DNA from: an uncultured Gammaproteobacteria bacterium | Lineage (GTDB): Bacteria > Pseudomonadota > Gammaproteobacteria > Eutrophobiales > Eutrophobiaceae | Assembly (NCBI GenBank): GCA_963976795.1 | Contig: CAXBLT010000014.1 | Span: forward strand, 2,314 to 66,313 | Direction: 5' to 3' | DNA: 64,000 nt | Part shown: piece by piece, positions 63,176 through 64,000 of the stretch | Numbering within the stretch: the first letter of the stretch is position 1 | Layout of the letters: each line of letters opens with the position of its first letter | Made by a program: the position numbers and the translations under genes | Notes under the pieces: model-generated | Databases searched by the model: none | What the model was told of the DNA's origin: nothing | Seen by the model: only the letters and a program-made list of their open reading frames with translations

Positions 63176-64000
63176 CTATGAAATAAAATGTGTCCACCAT
63201 GCAATCCCTAGTTTTCTGATAGGTGTGAGACGTATATTTGAGCTTAGTACTTTGCATCCACCGTTAATAATTTCATCGCAGGTCTTGAAGGCAAGTCGAT
63301 TTAAAATCAAACCGTGTTTGAGGACAAGGCAATCATCCTTGCGTAATCCGTCATAGTGATCTTCTAACAATACTTTTAGTGTCGTTATTAACGGTGAGAA
63401 TATGAGGGACTGATTTATTGGGTTATTTTGAGCATCGAGTCTAAAATTAAGTAAATCATCTTGCTTGATAATGTTTTCTGGAATGATACAGCGTGATTCA
63501 GTGATATAGGTATTTGGTTCTTGTAAACACCGTAGGTAATGATAGACGTTACCTATAGCGCGATAATTTTGTAGAGATACGGAATCTGTTGTTCCTAGTT
63601 GAGTCGCGCATAGTTGCCATGTTTCTCCAACGGTTGAATCATATAAACTTAAGATGGTATTTATATTATCGGCTTGATCAATGAATAAGAAATTATCGAA
63701 ACTATTAATAATAGAATGGAATGATGTTGTTATACTTTGATCGAGTGTGAGAGATTCTTTTAAATACCTCGTTATTGGGTGACGGGGTTGTTGTTGGAAG
63801 AGTCGCTCGATCTCTTCTTGCCACCAGTGCAGTTTTACTCTTGCAACCCCAGGGTCTGAACACTCTTGAATAATCTCTGTAAGTTCATAGAGAAAGGCAT
63901 GTAGTCCTATAATAATAGCTTTATTTTTTTCTGCTTCAAAAAGTGTTGCATAGTAAAGATTAGAACCATCAGGAATGGCTTTATTAATACAATAATCCAG
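63176..64000 (-). CDS. squalene/phytoene synthase family protein (partial, N-terminus beyond window end)
   Basis: open minus-strand frame from window end to stop at 63176; residues YYATLF...RVKLHWWQEEIERL typical of trans-isoprenyl diphosphate synthase head-to-head family; ORF track lists only the C-terminal 64 aa. Confidence 0.55.
   Translation of the reverse strand: MDYCINKAIPDGSNLYYATLFEAEKNKAIIIGLHAFLYELTEIIQECSDPGVARVKLHWWQEEIERLFQQQPRHPITRYLKESLTLDQSITTSFHSIINSFDNFLFIDQADNINTILSLYDSTVGETWQLCATQLGTTDSVSLQNYRAIGNVYHYLRCLQEPNTYITESRCIIPENIIKQDDLLNFRLDAQNNPINQSLIFSPLITTLKVLLEDHYDGLRKDDCLVLKHGLILNRLAFKTCDEIINGGCKVLSSNIRLTPIRKLGIAWWTHFIS

Overview
This 64 kb window is a chromosomal segment from a low-GC (about 38-40%) gammaproteobacterium. 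Most of it is conserved housekeeping DNA with enterobacterial/Pseudomonas-like synteny. It also carries tRNA-Leu(CAG) plus an odd tRNA-Leu 5' fragment that has its own promoter and terminator, two PilZ proteins, and a tri-domain LplT-Aas fusion.

Four accessory or anomalous loci stand out:
- A higBA toxin-antitoxin module sits between amiB and mutL, flanked by roughly 100-bp imperfect direct repeats that duplicate the mutL 5' end.
- An approximately 11.5 kb minus-strand chemosensory operon (44310-55798) is the main candidate for an undescribed system. It is Pil-Chp-like and lacks CheR/CheB. It is headed by two uncharacterised proteins: a 4x tandem-repeat protein with an ISL3-transposase-like cysteine-less N-terminus, and a FIST-like protein. 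It ends in a receiver-Hanks Ser/Thr kinase fusion.
- A GC-rich decayed AEC-transporter pseudogene lies on one side of the operon and an 880-bp AT-rich non-coding stretch on the other.
- An intact YheT-like alpha/beta hydrolase reading frame has lost its ATG; the likely ancestral overlap with the upstream stop reads ATGA->ATAA.

No transposase, integrase, CRISPR array or prophage was detected.
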